DNA of 64,000 nt from NCBI GenBank assembly GCA_022825835.1, contig JAJDVZ010000157.1, positions 50,322 to 114,321 of the forward strand, in the 5' to 3' direction. Within the stretch, counting starts at the first letter, position 1. Every line of letters begins with the position of its first letter. Origin of the DNA: Candidatus Latescibacterota bacterium. Its GTDB lineage: Bacteria; Latescibacterota; UBA2968; UBA8231. The translations under genes were made by a program, and so were the position numbers. The notes under the pieces were generated by a model. That model saw only the letters and a list, made by a program, of their open reading frames with translations. It did not search any database and was not told the origin of the DNA. Of the stretch, positions 24,904-34,612 are shown one piece after another.

Positions 24904-25416
24904 ATGCTGGATTTGAACGAATTGGACACTGACGACATCCCCGGTATCTCACGAGCAAAGGGTAACGAGTTGGCCGAAGCTGGAGCCGTTTGCCTAGAAT
25001 CTCAGGGTCATACACCAGGTACTTGTCTCACTATTCGTAATGACGCTAACAACAGTTATCGGCTAGATTGGCCGCAGGTCACTGACCAAGTCCGCCGGAC
25101 TTGGAATGACGATGAGGAAGCTACCGAAGACGGTGCTGCCGGCATTGCTGTCCTACTGGCAAGTCGGGAAATCGGTTACACGGTTGTATTGCGTTCACGA
25201 AAGGGTACTGGATTCGATTATTGGCTCGGGGACGATGCACTAGACTTTAAAGCAAGGATGGAAGTGTCCGGCATCCGAAATGGTAATGATGGCCAAATCA
25301 AGACAAGAGTGAAACAGAAATTGCGCCAGATGAATCGGTCGGATGATCAGGAATTACCGGCTTACGCAATCGTAGTTGAATTCGGGCGGCCACTTACCGA
25401 AATAAAAAAGAAATGA
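24904..25416 (+). CDS. hypothetical 170-aa protein with a PD-(D/E)xK-nuclease-like motif pattern
   Basis: E75 (ATEDGAAGIAVLL), D105 (GTGFDYWL) and E120-V-S (ARMEVSGI), followed by a K/Q-rich helix. Codon usage looks A/T-richer. The ORF is ATGA-coupled to the next ORF. Confidence 0.6.
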   Translation: MLDLNELDTDDIPGISRAKGNELAEAGAVCLESQGHTPGTCLTIRNDANNSYRLDWPQVTDQVRRTWNDDEEATEDGAAGIAVLLASREIGYTVVLRSRKGTGFDYWLGDDALDFKARMEVSGIRNGNDGQIKTRVKQKLRQMNRSDDQELPAYAIVVEFGRPLTEIKKK

Positions 25417-26543
25417 ACTCAGTTAATGATCTCCACAAAAAAGCTATGGAATTCGCAGACCTCGGTCTCAGAAGAAGGGCGCGTGGCAATGCGGAAGAAT
25501 CCATAGAGTATTTTGAGCAGGCACTTCACTATGAATTGGCTGCCATTGACGAGCTTGACAAAACAGAGGCGTTGGCTTGGTCAGTGTTGCATCGCAGCGC
25601 TGGTACCTTGGCCTTAGATTGCAGGGACTTTCTCCAAGCCGAGAAAATAGTAGCCACTGCTCTGGCGCAGGAACCGCATCCAGAGGTTGCGGAGGAGTTG
25701 CGCGACCTTTTGGAGCAGATTTACTTCCAAAGGCACCTCGATCTGAAAGGCATTACTTTGCAGGAGGATGAGATTCAGTTGAGTCTCTCAGGTCAAGAAG
25801 TGGGGAATGGTTTTGTCAACGTGGAGGAAATATATGAGCGTATCAGCAACTCGTCGAAACTGATTCACCGTACCATTGAGCGAAAGCAAGACCGGCCTTT
25901 TCGGGAGAGAGGGCCTGCACTAAAAGCAATACGGGAAAATTACCAGACGCTGGTTTCTGTGCCTAGGACCGGGAGTTTCTCAGTGACGCTTAAATTCAGC
26001 AGGCCACAACTATCTTTTTCGGGAATGCTCGAGACGACTGCTATCATCGATGAGTTCATGGACTTACTTACATTGATCAACAGCTCCCACATCATCGAAA
26101 TACAGAAGCGCATTCCTGACCCTGCTTATCTGCGGAACTTCTTTGGTTTGGCAAAAAGAATTGCGCCCGATGGCGAACGAATCAGTCAGGTGGGTTTTAC
26201 CGCAATTCGTGACGGAGTACAACGTTCTGTAGGGCTTACCAAGCCAGCGGAGGAACTTCCATCACTGCCGCCAGAAATGTTATCGTCGCCGCAAGTCGCG
26301 CTGAAGCAGACTCCAAGCGAACCTATAGAAATACGCGGGGTATTACGCCACGCGGATGCGATGCGCGAAGATAGCAATGTCATACAAGTTATTGATGGCA
26401 AGAAAAAACACATCGTACAGGTACCAAAGGGCATGATGAATGACATCGTGCGCCCCATGTGGGATTCGCACGTGATAATACAAGGTGTAGATACTGGCGA
26501 ACATATCATGCTGGAGGACATCCGGCTAGACGACTCAGCTTGA
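25413..26543 (+). CDS. hypothetical 376-aa protein (helical TPR-like N-terminus, beta-rich C-terminus)
   Basis: Clean ORF overlapping the upstream stop by 4 nt. I recognise no family. Confidence 0.6.
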   Translation: MNSVNDLHKKAMEFADLGLRRRARGNAEESIEYFEQALHYELAAIDELDKTEALAWSVLHRSAGTLALDCRDFLQAEKIVATALAQEPHPEVAEELRDLLEQIYFQRHLDLKGITLQEDEIQLSLSGQEVGNGFVNVEEIYERISNSSKLIHRTIERKQDRPFRERGPALKAIRENYQTLVSVPRTGSFSVTLKFSRPQLSFSGMLETTAIIDEFMDLLTLINSSHIIEIQKRIPDPAYLRNFFGLAKRIAPDGERISQVGFTAIRDGVQRSVGLTKPAEELPSLPPEMLSSPQVALKQTPSEPIEIRGVLRHADAMREDSNVIQVIDGKKKHIVQVPKGMMNDIVRPMWDSHVIIQGVDTGEHIMLEDIRLDDSA

Positions 26544-26631
26544 GACCGCTGGCTTACCTCACGTCCTTTACTACCTTCCCAATCCCGCCACAGAAATTGA
26601 CGCGATTCGGTCCCTTGCCTTTTGTTGCAAG

Positions 26632-27156
26632 ATGCCCATCGATCTCCAGCCCTCCACACCCGTCGCACTAGTCTGCGCGGTATTGGCCGATTCCACAGAG
26701 ACGCTCTCCGACGCCAAAGAACGCCTCGCCGAATGCTTCGGCCCCCTGCGCGCGGCCAGTGAGACCTATGATTTTGATTTTACCTCGTACTACGAAGCGG
26801 AAATGGGCGCGGAGCTGCGCAAACAACTCGTGTGCTTTGCCGAGCGGATCGACCCCGCCGAGCTGGCGACCGTCAAGATGCAGACTATGGCGCTGGAGCG
26901 GGCGATGAGCCGAGGAGGGTGCCGCCGCGCCAACATCGACCCAGGACTGCTGTCGATCGAGAGCTTGGTGTTGGCCACGACTAAGTGCGCTGGCCACCGG
27001 GTATGCATTGCCCCTCAGCTCTACGCCGAAGTGACCCTGCTCTATCAGCGGGGACGCTATCGGCCTTTGGAGTGGACGTATCCCGACTACCAAGGCGATG
27101 CAATGCAGCGTTTCTTGCTCGATATGCGGTCTTGGTTGCTAAGAGTGCGCGGCTGA
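26632..27156 (+). CDS. DUF4416-family protein
   Basis: FDFTSYYEAEMG...NIDPGLL...LATTK...EWTYPDY matches my recollection of DUF4416. Confidence 0.6.
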   Translation: MPIDLQPSTPVALVCAVLADSTETLSDAKERLAECFGPLRAASETYDFDFTSYYEAEMGAELRKQLVCFAERIDPAELATVKMQTMALERAMSRGGCRRANIDPGLLSIESLVLATTKCAGHRVCIAPQLYAEVTLLYQRGRYRPLEWTYPDYQGDAMQRFLLDMRSWLLRVRG

Positions 27157-27158
27157 GG

Positions 27159-28289
27159 TCAGCCCCGCTCGCCGAGCGGCACAAACGGGCGATGCTCCGG
27201 CCCGGTGTAGATGTGGTTGGGGCGGATGAGCCGGTTGGCGTCGTGCTGTTCGATCACGTGCGCTGCCCAGCCCACCACGCGGCTGGCCACGAAGATGGGG
27301 GTGTAGAGCGGGATCGGGATGCCCATCATGTAGTAGGTGTACGCGCAGGGAAAATCGACGTTGGGGAAGATGCCTTTTTCGCGCATCATCGTCGCTTCGA
27401 CCACGTCGGCTAGATCCGGCCACTTGGTGTCACCGATGGCGGCGGCGATCTGACGGCCAACCTTCTTCATCGTCGGCACCCGCGAGTCGCCGCTTTTGTA
27501 TTCCCGATGTCCAAAGCCCATGATCTTCTTCTTTTGCGCCAGCGCGTCGAGGACCCACTGCTCGGCTGCCTCGGGCGAATCTACCTCTAAGAGCATGTGC
27601 ATGGCCGCCTCGTTGGCACCGCCGTGCAAGGGGCCGTGCAGAGCGCCGATGGCCGCGGTTATGGCCGCGTACATGTCGGCGAGGGTTGAGGCTACGACTC
27701 GTGCGGTAAACGTGGAGGCGTTGTATCCGTGCTCGGCGTAGAGGATCAGCGAAGTGTTCATGGCCTCTACCTCGTACGCGGGCGGTTTTTCGCCGCGCAG
27801 CATGAAGAGCAGATTGGCCACGTGGTCTAGCTCGGCGTCGGGAGCTACCGGCGCTAGGCCCTGCGAGAAGCGATAGCCATAGGCGAGTGCGGTGGGAATT
27901 TTGGCCAGCAAGCGCACGGATTTGCGCACATTGGCATCGTGGCTGTTGTCGGGGGTCTCGGCGTCGAAAAACGCCAGGGATGATACGGCTGTGCGCAACA
28001 GGTCCATGGGGTGGGCGTCCGCCGGAGCGGAGCGCAATAGATCGACGACCGGGCCGGGCAGGTCGCGCTGGGAGCGCAGTTGTTGGTTGAATTTTGCCAA
28101 CTCGGCAACCGTCGGCAACTCGCCGTAGAGTAGCAAGTAGGCGACCTCTTCGTAGCTGGCGTTTTCGGTCAGTTCGACTAAGTCGTAGCCGTGCAGGATC
28201 AGGCGGTTGATATCGATATCGATGCGCGAAAGGGCGGACTCGCCGGCGATGACGCCTTCGAGGCCGGGACTGTAGGATTTGTCGGTCAT
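27159..28289 (-). CDS. prpC: 2-methylcitrate synthase / citrate synthase family
   Basis: 376 aa with GLEGV, GPLHGGANE and GFGHREYK motifs. It lies immediately downstream of prpB. Confidence 0.8.
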   Translation of the reverse strand: MTDKSYSPGLEGVIAGESALSRIDIDINRLILHGYDLVELTENASYEEVAYLLLYGELPTVAELAKFNQQLRSQRDLPGPVVDLLRSAPADAHPMDLLRTAVSSLAFFDAETPDNSHDANVRKSVRLLAKIPTALAYGYRFSQGLAPVAPDAELDHVANLLFMLRGEKPPAYEVEAMNTSLILYAEHGYNASTFTARVVASTLADMYAAITAAIGALHGPLHGGANEAAMHMLLEVDSPEAAEQWVLDALAQKKKIMGFGHREYKSGDSRVPTMKKVGRQIAAAIGDTKWPDLADVVEATMMREKGIFPNVDFPCAYTYYMMGIPIPLYTPIFVASRVVGWAAHVIEQHDANRLIRPNHIYTGPEHRPFVPLGERG

Positions 28290-28333
28290 TCTGTAGATCT
28301 CTCTATGGAAAGTGTGAATTTGGGGCTAATAAT

Positions 28334-29245
28334 TCAGCGGGTTTCTCCGTTCGCTGGAAAGCGGGCGGCCAATGCTGCGTCTAGTTTGGTGTACTCGTCG
28401 TAGCCGAGTAGTTCGTAGAGTTCGTCTCGCGTCTGCATCTGTCCGAGGGCACCTTCTAAAGTGCCCTTTTCCTTCAGTTCGCGGAACAGCCCTTCGACGG
28501 CCTTCATCATGGTGCGAAAGGCGCTCATCGGAAAAATCACGAGGCGGTATCCCATGGCGGCGAACTCCGCGACCGATAGGTACGGCGATTTGCCGAATTC
28601 GGTCATGTTGGCGAGAAGCGGGCCTTTGACTTGCTCGGCGTAGCGGGCGAATTCCTCGGGGCTCTGCATGGCTTCGGGAAAGACGGCGTCCGCGCCGGCT
28701 GCTAAGTAGCGTTGGCCGCGCTCAACGCTCTGCTCAAAGCCCTCGACGGCGCGGGCGTCGCAGCGGGCGATGATGACAAAGTCCGGGTCTTGCCGCGCCG
28801 CGCAGGCCGCGGCGATCTTGCGCTCCATTTCTTCGACCCCGATCAGGGCCTTGCCGTCGAGGTGGCCGCAGCGCTTGGGCATGACTTGGTCCTCTAAGTG
28901 CAACCCGGCCAAGCCCTCGCGCTCGTACGCGCGCACTGTGCGCATTACCTGCCAGATCTCGCCAAACCCGGTGTCCGCATCGCAAATGCAGGGCACTTGC
29001 ACTGCGTTGGCAATGTAGCCGGCTTGGCGCGCCATTTCGTCCATGCCCAACAGGCCGACGTCTGGGTAGCCAGCCGTGCCGTTGGCTAGACCAGCCCCGG
29101 AAATGTACACGGCCTCAAACCCGGTGCGCTCGGCCAGCATGGCCACGGGCGCGTTGAAGGCCCCGGGCAAGGTCAGGGTTTTCTCGGCCATCAGGCGGCG
29201 CAAGGCGTGCGGCTTGGACTCGGCGGGCGCGGGGTTGAGTAGCAT
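28334..29245 (-). CDS. prpB: methylisocitrate lyase (isocitrate lyase/PEP mutase family)
   Basis: 303 aa with CDADTGFG, HLEDQV..KRCGH and a PrpB-like length. Confidence 0.8.
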   Translation of the reverse strand: MLLNPAPAESKPHALRRLMAEKTLTLPGAFNAPVAMLAERTGFEAVYISGAGLANGTAGYPDVGLLGMDEMARQAGYIANAVQVPCICDADTGFGEIWQVMRTVRAYEREGLAGLHLEDQVMPKRCGHLDGKALIGVEEMERKIAAACAARQDPDFVIIARCDARAVEGFEQSVERGQRYLAAGADAVFPEAMQSPEEFARYAEQVKGPLLANMTEFGKSPYLSVAEFAAMGYRLVIFPMSAFRTMMKAVEGLFRELKEKGTLEGALGQMQTRDELYELLGYDEYTKLDAALAARFPANGETR

Positions 29246-29248
29246 GGC

Positions 29249-30529
29249 TCAGGCGAGAGAGATGGTGGCTTCGCGCTCCGGTCCTACGGAAATCAGGGAG
29301 ACCGGCGCTCGGCTCAACTCGGCGACTCGCTCCACGTAAGCCTGCGCTTGCGGCGGCAGGTCGTCAAAACTACGGGCGGCGGTAGTCGGAGCACACCAGC
29401 CGGCCATTTCTTCGTAAATCGGCTCGCATTGGTCGAGTACTTGCGGGTCGGCGGGGAATTCTTCCAGCACTTGGTCGCCGCAGCGATAGCCAATGCCCAG
29501 TTTGAGGTGCTCGCATTGGTCGAGTACATCGAGCCGGGTTAGGGCGATGCTGGTCAGACCGTTGATGCGCGTTGAAACCCGCAAGATGGCGGCGTCGAAC
29601 CAGCCGCAGCGCCGCGGCCGACCGGTAGTGGCTCCGAACTCGCGGCCCAAGGCGCGCAGGCGCTCGCCTTCTTCCCCTAGTAACTCGGTGGGGAAAGGCC
29701 CGTTGCCCACCCGCGTGGTGTACGCTTTGGTCACGCCTACTACCTCGGCGATCCGCGTGGGACCGATACCAGCACCCGTGCAGGCTCCACCCGCCGTGGT
29801 GTTCGAGGAGGTGACGTAGGGATAGGTGCCGTGGTCGATGTCGAGTAAGGTTCCTTGCGCCCCCTCGCAGAGGACTGTTTGGCCTTGGTCGAGGGCTTGG
29901 TTGAGCAGGAGCGAGGTGTCGGCGACATAAGGGGCGAGGCGCTCGCCATAGCCGATGTACGCGTCGATGATGGGACCGGCCTCTAGCGGCTCTTGGCCAA
30001 AGACCTTGGTCAGGATTTCGTTTTTGGCGCAGATGCTGGCGCGGAGTTTGTCGCGCAAACGCGTTGGGTCGCACAAATCCATGACGCGCACCCCGTGGCT
30101 GCGCTCGACTTTGTCGCGGTACGCCGGGCCGATGCCGCGGCCAGTCGTGCCGATGGCGACGCTGTTTTCGCTCTCTTCCCCGGCCTTTTCCAAGACCTTG
30201 TGATAGGGCATTACGACGTGGGCAACTTGGCTGAGGAAGAAGCGGTCGGCCACTGAAAAGCCTTTGGCCTCCAGCTCGGCGATCTCATCGAGCATGACGG
30301 CTGGATCGACGACCACCCCATTGCCCACCACGCAGATTTTGCCCTCGTGCATGATGCCCGAGGGAATGGCGTGGAAGATGAACTTCGCGTCGCCGGTGAC
30401 GACCGTGTGGCCGGCATTGGCCCCTCCCTGATAGCGCACCACCACGTCGGCGGCGGACGTGAGGTAATCGACGACCTTGGCCTTGCCCTCGTCGCCCCAC
30501 TGCGCTCCTAATACTATTTTCGCGGGCAT
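29249..30529 (-). CDS. purA: adenylosuccinate synthase
   Basis: N-terminus MPAKIVLGAQWGDEGKAKVVDYL plus GTTGRGIGPAY. Confidence 0.95.
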   Translation of the reverse strand: MPAKIVLGAQWGDEGKAKVVDYLTSAADVVVRYQGGANAGHTVVTGDAKFIFHAIPSGIMHEGKICVVGNGVVVDPAVMLDEIAELEAKGFSVADRFFLSQVAHVVMPYHKVLEKAGEESENSVAIGTTGRGIGPAYRDKVERSHGVRVMDLCDPTRLRDKLRASICAKNEILTKVFGQEPLEAGPIIDAYIGYGERLAPYVADTSLLLNQALDQGQTVLCEGAQGTLLDIDHGTYPYVTSSNTTAGGACTGAGIGPTRIAEVVGVTKAYTTRVGNGPFPTELLGEEGERLRALGREFGATTGRPRRCGWFDAAILRVSTRINGLTSIALTRLDVLDQCEHLKLGIGYRCGDQVLEEFPADPQVLDQCEPIYEEMAGWCAPTTAARSFDDLPPQAQAYVERVAELSRAPVSLISVGPEREATISLA

Positions 30530-30541
30530 TGCGTACTCCCG

Positions 30542-32122
30542 TTAAAGACTGACTTGTTTGGCCCAGGAGATGTACTCCCGAGAGAGAATATCGTCAACTA
30601 CGTCGGTGGTGATCGGGTCATCAACGTTGAGGATGGTCAGGGCTTGGCCGCCCATTTGGCGACGCCCGCACGACATTTGGGCGATGTTGACATTGTGGCT
30701 GCCCATGACCGTGCCGATTTGGCCGATGATGCCTGGGACATCGTCGTTGATGTAAAAGAGCATGTGGCCCTCTGGAAGGGCGTCGAAAATGTACTCGTCG
30801 AGGTGTACGAGGCGCGGGTCGCTCTTGCCGAAGATCGTGCCCGCGAGCAGGCGCTGCCCTTTGCTGGTGTGATACACCACGGTGATGAGGCTGGCGTAGT
30901 CCTCGTGCTCGCTGCTGAGCCGCTCATCGACTTGCACGCCGCGCTCCTGCGCGAAAAGCAGCGCATTGACTACATTGACCGCCGCGTCCGAGACGGTCTC
31001 CATAATGCCCTTGAGTACGGCCGAGGTCAACGGCGAGGTCGGATAGGCGGTGATGTCGCCTTGGTATTCGATGGTGATGCGCTCTAGCTGTCCTTCGCCG
31101 AGTTGGGCTTGCAGGCGACCTAACCGCTCGGCCAGCACGAGATAGGGCTGGAGCTTGCCGTGGATCTCGGGATCGACCGAAGGGGCGTTGACTGCGTTGC
31201 GAATGACGCGGCCCATCAGCACGTCGCCGACCTGCTCGGCCACCTGCAAGGCGACGTTGGCTTGGGCTTCCTTGGTGGAGGCGGCCAAGTGCGGCGTGCA
31301 GATCACGCGGTCATCAACCAAGAGGTCCACAAGGGTCGGCGGCTCCTCCTCAAAGACGTCTAAGGCGGCACCAGCGATCTTGCCCGAGTTCAAGCCGCGC
31401 AGGAGGGCTTCCTCGTCCATGATGCCGCCGCGGGCGCAGTTGATTAGATAAACCCCGTCTTTGCACTGCGCGATCTCGGCGTCGGAAATCAGGTGCCGGG
31501 TCTGGTCGCTAAGATGGGTGTGGACCGTGATGAAATCAGCGGTAGCGTAAATTTCGTCGAGGGATGTTAGATGTGCGCCGTAGGAGAGGGCCATCTCTTG
31601 GCCGATATAGGGATCGTAGCCGAGGACCTTCATGCGAAAGGCTGTGGCGCGCGCGGCCACCTCCCTCCCCACGCGACCCAAGCCGATCACGGCGAGGGTC
31701 TTGCCAGCCAGCTCGACGCCGACGAATTGGCTCCGTTCCCACAGCCCCTTTTTAAGCGAGGCCGTCGCCTGCGGGATGTGCCGCGCAAGGGAGGCTATGA
31801 GCGCAAAGGTGTGCTCGGCGGTTGATAGGGAATTGCCGCCCGGAGTGTTCATGACGATGACACCGTGGCGGGTTGCCGCCTCTACGTCGATGTTGTCGAA
31901 GCCCGTGCCGGCGCGGCCAATGACCCGGAGGCGTGGCGCGGCGGCGAGCACCTCGGCCGTCACTTTGGTCGCGCTGCGCACGACTAGTCCCTCGTAGTCG
32001 CCGATGCAGTCTAGGAGCGCACTCGGCGACAATCCACTGCGCACATCTACTGCGACCCCGTCGTTGGCTTCGAGGATCTCGACGCAGCGGGGGTCCATCT
32101 TGTCGCTGATCAGTACTTTCAT
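30542..32122 (-). CDS. serA: D-3-phosphoglycerate dehydrogenase (long form with ASB/ACT domains)
   Basis: MKVLISDKMD..., GLGRVGREVA, and a ~526-aa length. ATG 32122 follows AAGAGGA. Confidence 0.9.
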   Translation of the reverse strand: MKVLISDKMDPRCVEILEANDGVAVDVRSGLSPSALLDCIGDYEGLVVRSATKVTAEVLAAAPRLRVIGRAGTGFDNIDVEAATRHGVIVMNTPGGNSLSTAEHTFALIASLARHIPQATASLKKGLWERSQFVGVELAGKTLAVIGLGRVGREVAARATAFRMKVLGYDPYIGQEMALSYGAHLTSLDEIYATADFITVHTHLSDQTRHLISDAEIAQCKDGVYLINCARGGIMDEEALLRGLNSGKIAGAALDVFEEEPPTLVDLLVDDRVICTPHLAASTKEAQANVALQVAEQVGDVLMGRVIRNAVNAPSVDPEIHGKLQPYLVLAERLGRLQAQLGEGQLERITIEYQGDITAYPTSPLTSAVLKGIMETVSDAAVNVVNALLFAQERGVQVDERLSSEHEDYASLITVVYHTSKGQRLLAGTIFGKSDPRLVHLDEYIFDALPEGHMLFYINDDVPGIIGQIGTVMGSHNVNIAQMSCGRRQMGGQALTILNVDDPITTDVVDDILSREYISWAKQVSL

Positions 32123-32130
32123 GGTCCTCT

Positions 32131-32724
32131 TTAGGTTGCGTTGCCAGCTAGCGCCTCGGCGATCCACCCGGTAATGTCGTCCTGCCCGCGGCCATCGACT
32201 GCCGAGAACGGCACAAAGGAAAGGCCGGCGAGCGATCCTTGGGCATCGAGTTGGTCGAATAAGTGTTGCAGCTTGTTGCGCGACAGTTTATCCGCTTTGG
32301 TAAAGACCAGCAGAAGAGGCTTATCAAGGGCGCGCAAACGGTCGATCATCTGCCGGTCCAAGTCGGTGGGGCCGTGCCGGGCATCGATGAGCTGCAACAC
32401 CGCGCACAAGGCAACGCGATTGGCCATGTAGTTGCGGATGAGCTGGCCGAGTTGCAAGCGCAAGCCCACGCCGCCGCGCACATACCCGTAGCCAGGCAGA
32501 TCAACCAAGTAGAACTGCTCGTTGGCTAGGTAGTAGTTCAACTGTTGGGTCTTGCCGGGTACGGTGCTAGTGCGCGCCAGCTTCTTGCGCCGTACCAACC
32601 TGTTGATCAGCGAGGACTTGCCGACGTTGGAGCGCCCCACTAAGGCGATTTCAGGCAAGCCGTCCACGGGTAAATCGGCCGTGCGGACCGCGCCAATTAT
32701 GAATTCGATCGAGGAAAAGCGCAT
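32131..32724 (-). CDS. engB: ribosome-biogenesis GTPase YihA/EngB
   Basis: GRSNVGKSSLIN (G1), DLPGYG (G3) and TKADK (G4). The start is taken at ATG 32724. Confidence 0.85.
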   Translation of the reverse strand: MRFSSIEFIIGAVRTADLPVDGLPEIALVGRSNVGKSSLINRLVRRKKLARTSTVPGKTQQLNYYLANEQFYLVDLPGYGYVRGGVGLRLQLGQLIRNYMANRVALCAVLQLIDARHGPTDLDRQMIDRLRALDKPLLLVFTKADKLSRNKLQHLFDQLDAQGSLAGLSFVPFSAVDGRGQDDITGWIAEALAGNAT

Positions 32725-32740
32725 CGCTGGGGCTTGAAAA

Positions 32741-33991
32741 TTAGGCGCGTTTGCGCCGCATCTCTTCGTCTTCGCTGCTGTACTGTTCAATCCCGCGCTC
32801 GATCATTTCGCCCGTAACTTGCAGACGCGTCACACCCTCTTGAGAGGGGGTATCGAACATGATATCCATCGTGGCCTGCTCTAGGACGGAGCGCAGGCCG
32901 CGGGCCCCAGTGCCCTTGTGAACGGTCAAGGCCACTATCTTGCGCAGGGCTTCCTCGGTGAACTCGACCTCGACTCCGTCCATGGCGAAGAGCCGCTGCG
33001 ACTGCTTGATAATGGCGTCGTGCGGCTCGGTGAGGATGCGGAGCAAGTCGTCCTCGGCGAGCTCGTCCATGGTGGTGATTACTGGTACGCGGCCGACAAA
33101 TTCGGGGATCATGCCGTAGGCGAGCAGATCTTCGGGCTGCACCAGCGGCAGTACGTCTGGAGGGTCGGAGTTTTGTTCGTCGTCGCTGTCGGCCCCGAAG
33201 CCCATGGTGCGCTTGCCGACTCGTTGGCTGATGACCTTGTCCAGCCCCTCGAAGGCTCCGCCGCAGACGAAGAGGATGTTGCGGGTATCCATCTGGATCA
33301 TCGGCTGTTCAGGATGCTTGCGACCCCCCTTGGGCGGGATATTGGCGGTGGTACCCTCTAAAATTTTGAGCAGTGCTTGCTGCACGCCCTCGCCCGACAC
33401 GTCGCGGCCCACCGAAGGCGTGGCACTCTTGCGGGCAATTTTGTCAACCTCGTCGAGATAGAGGATGCCTTTTTCGGCGCGGGGCACGTCGTAATCGGCC
33501 GCTTGTAAAAGGCTCACGAGGATGTTTTCCACGTCCTCGCCTACGTAGCCGGCTTCGGTGAGAATGGTGGCGTCGGCAATGGAGAAAGGGACTTGGAGGA
33601 ATTTTGCGAGGGTTTTGGCCAGTTCGGTCTTGCCGGTGCCGGTGGGGCCGATGAGCATTACGTTGCTTTTTTCGAGCTCCACCTCGTCTAAGTCAACTTT
33701 GGTGCGAATGCGCTTGTAGTGATTGTACACGGCGACCGCGAGGATTTTCTTGGCCCGCTCTTGGGCGATGACGTATTCGTCGAGAAAATCCTTGATTTGG
33801 CCCGGCTTGGGCATCTCCTCGGTCTCCCAAGGGAGGGTCTTTTGCCGCTCTTCGACTAGTACGTCGTTGCACAGCTTGACGCACTCGTTGCAGATGTGGA
33901 CCTGGGGGCCGGTTATGATCTTGTCAACTTGGTTGTGGCTGCGCCCGCAGAACGAGCAGCGCGGATCGCTTTGGGGGGGCCGACGGCGCAA
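32741..33991 (-). CDS. clpX: ATP-dependent Clp protease ATP-binding subunit ClpX
   Basis: N-terminal zinc ribbon CSFCGR...CNEC and Walker A GPTGTGKT, within clpP-clpX synteny. Confidence 0.97.
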   Translation of the reverse strand: MRRRPPQSDPRCSFCGRSHNQVDKIITGPQVHICNECVKLCNDVLVEERQKTLPWETEEMPKPGQIKDFLDEYVIAQERAKKILAVAVYNHYKRIRTKVDLDEVELEKSNVMLIGPTGTGKTELAKTLAKFLQVPFSIADATILTEAGYVGEDVENILVSLLQAADYDVPRAEKGILYLDEVDKIARKSATPSVGRDVSGEGVQQALLKILEGTTANIPPKGGRKHPEQPMIQMDTRNILFVCGGAFEGLDKVISQRVGKRTMGFGADSDDEQNSDPPDVLPLVQPEDLLAYGMIPEFVGRVPVITTMDELAEDDLLRILTEPHDAIIKQSQRLFAMDGVEVEFTEEALRKIVALTVHKGTGARGLRSVLEQATMDIMFDTPSQEGVTRLQVTGEMIERGIEQYSSEDEEMRRKRA

Positions 33992-34000
33992 AACAAGCTC

Positions 34001-34609
34001 CTAGATTGGGGAAGGGGCTACCTCGACGTGCGATGGAGCGATGATCTCGTCGATGATGCCGTATTCGACGGCTTCTGCGGCCGACATGAAAAAGTCGCGC
34101 TCGGTGTCGCGCTCAATGCGCTCCAGCGGCTGCCCAGTACACTCGACTAGGACCTCGTTGATCTGCTGGCGCATGGCGATGATCTCGCGAGCGTGGATTT
34201 CCATGTCGGCTGCTTGGCCGCCAATGCCGCCCATGGGCTGGTGCAGCAAGACGCGAGCGTTGGGCAGGGCTTGGCGCTTGCCCTTGGTGCCGCCAGCCAA
34301 TAGCACGGCTCCCATGCTGGATGCTTGGCCGATGCAGATCGTGGAGATGTCGGCGGCTACGTATTGCATGGTGTCGTAGATGGCCATGCCCGCCGAAATC
34401 AGCCCGCCAGGGGTATTGAGATAGAGCGCGATGTCCTTTTTGGGATCTTCAGACGCGAGAAAGAGCATTTGGGCGATGATGAGATTGGCGATCGCGTCAT
34501 TGATGGGAGTGCCGGCGAAGATGATGCGGTCCTTGAGCAGCCGCGAGTAGATGTCGTATGAGCGCTCTCCGCGGCCGGTCTGTTCGATGACCATTGGAAT
34601 CAGCGACAT
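34001..34609 (-). CDS. clpP: ATP-dependent Clp protease proteolytic subunit
   Basis: [17 protein letters not shown] and GQASSMGA (catalytic Ser). Confidence 0.97.
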   Translation of the reverse strand: MSLIPMVIEQTGRGERSYDIYSRLLKDRIIFAGTPINDAIANLIIAQMLFLASEDPKKDIALYLNTPGGLISAGMAIYDTMQYVAADISTICIGQASSMGAVLLAGGTKGKRQALPNARVLLHQPMGGIGGQAADMEIHAREIIAMRQQINEVLVECTGQPLERIERDTERDFFMSAAEAVEYGIIDEIIAPSHVEVAPSPI

Positions 34610-34612
34610 GAT

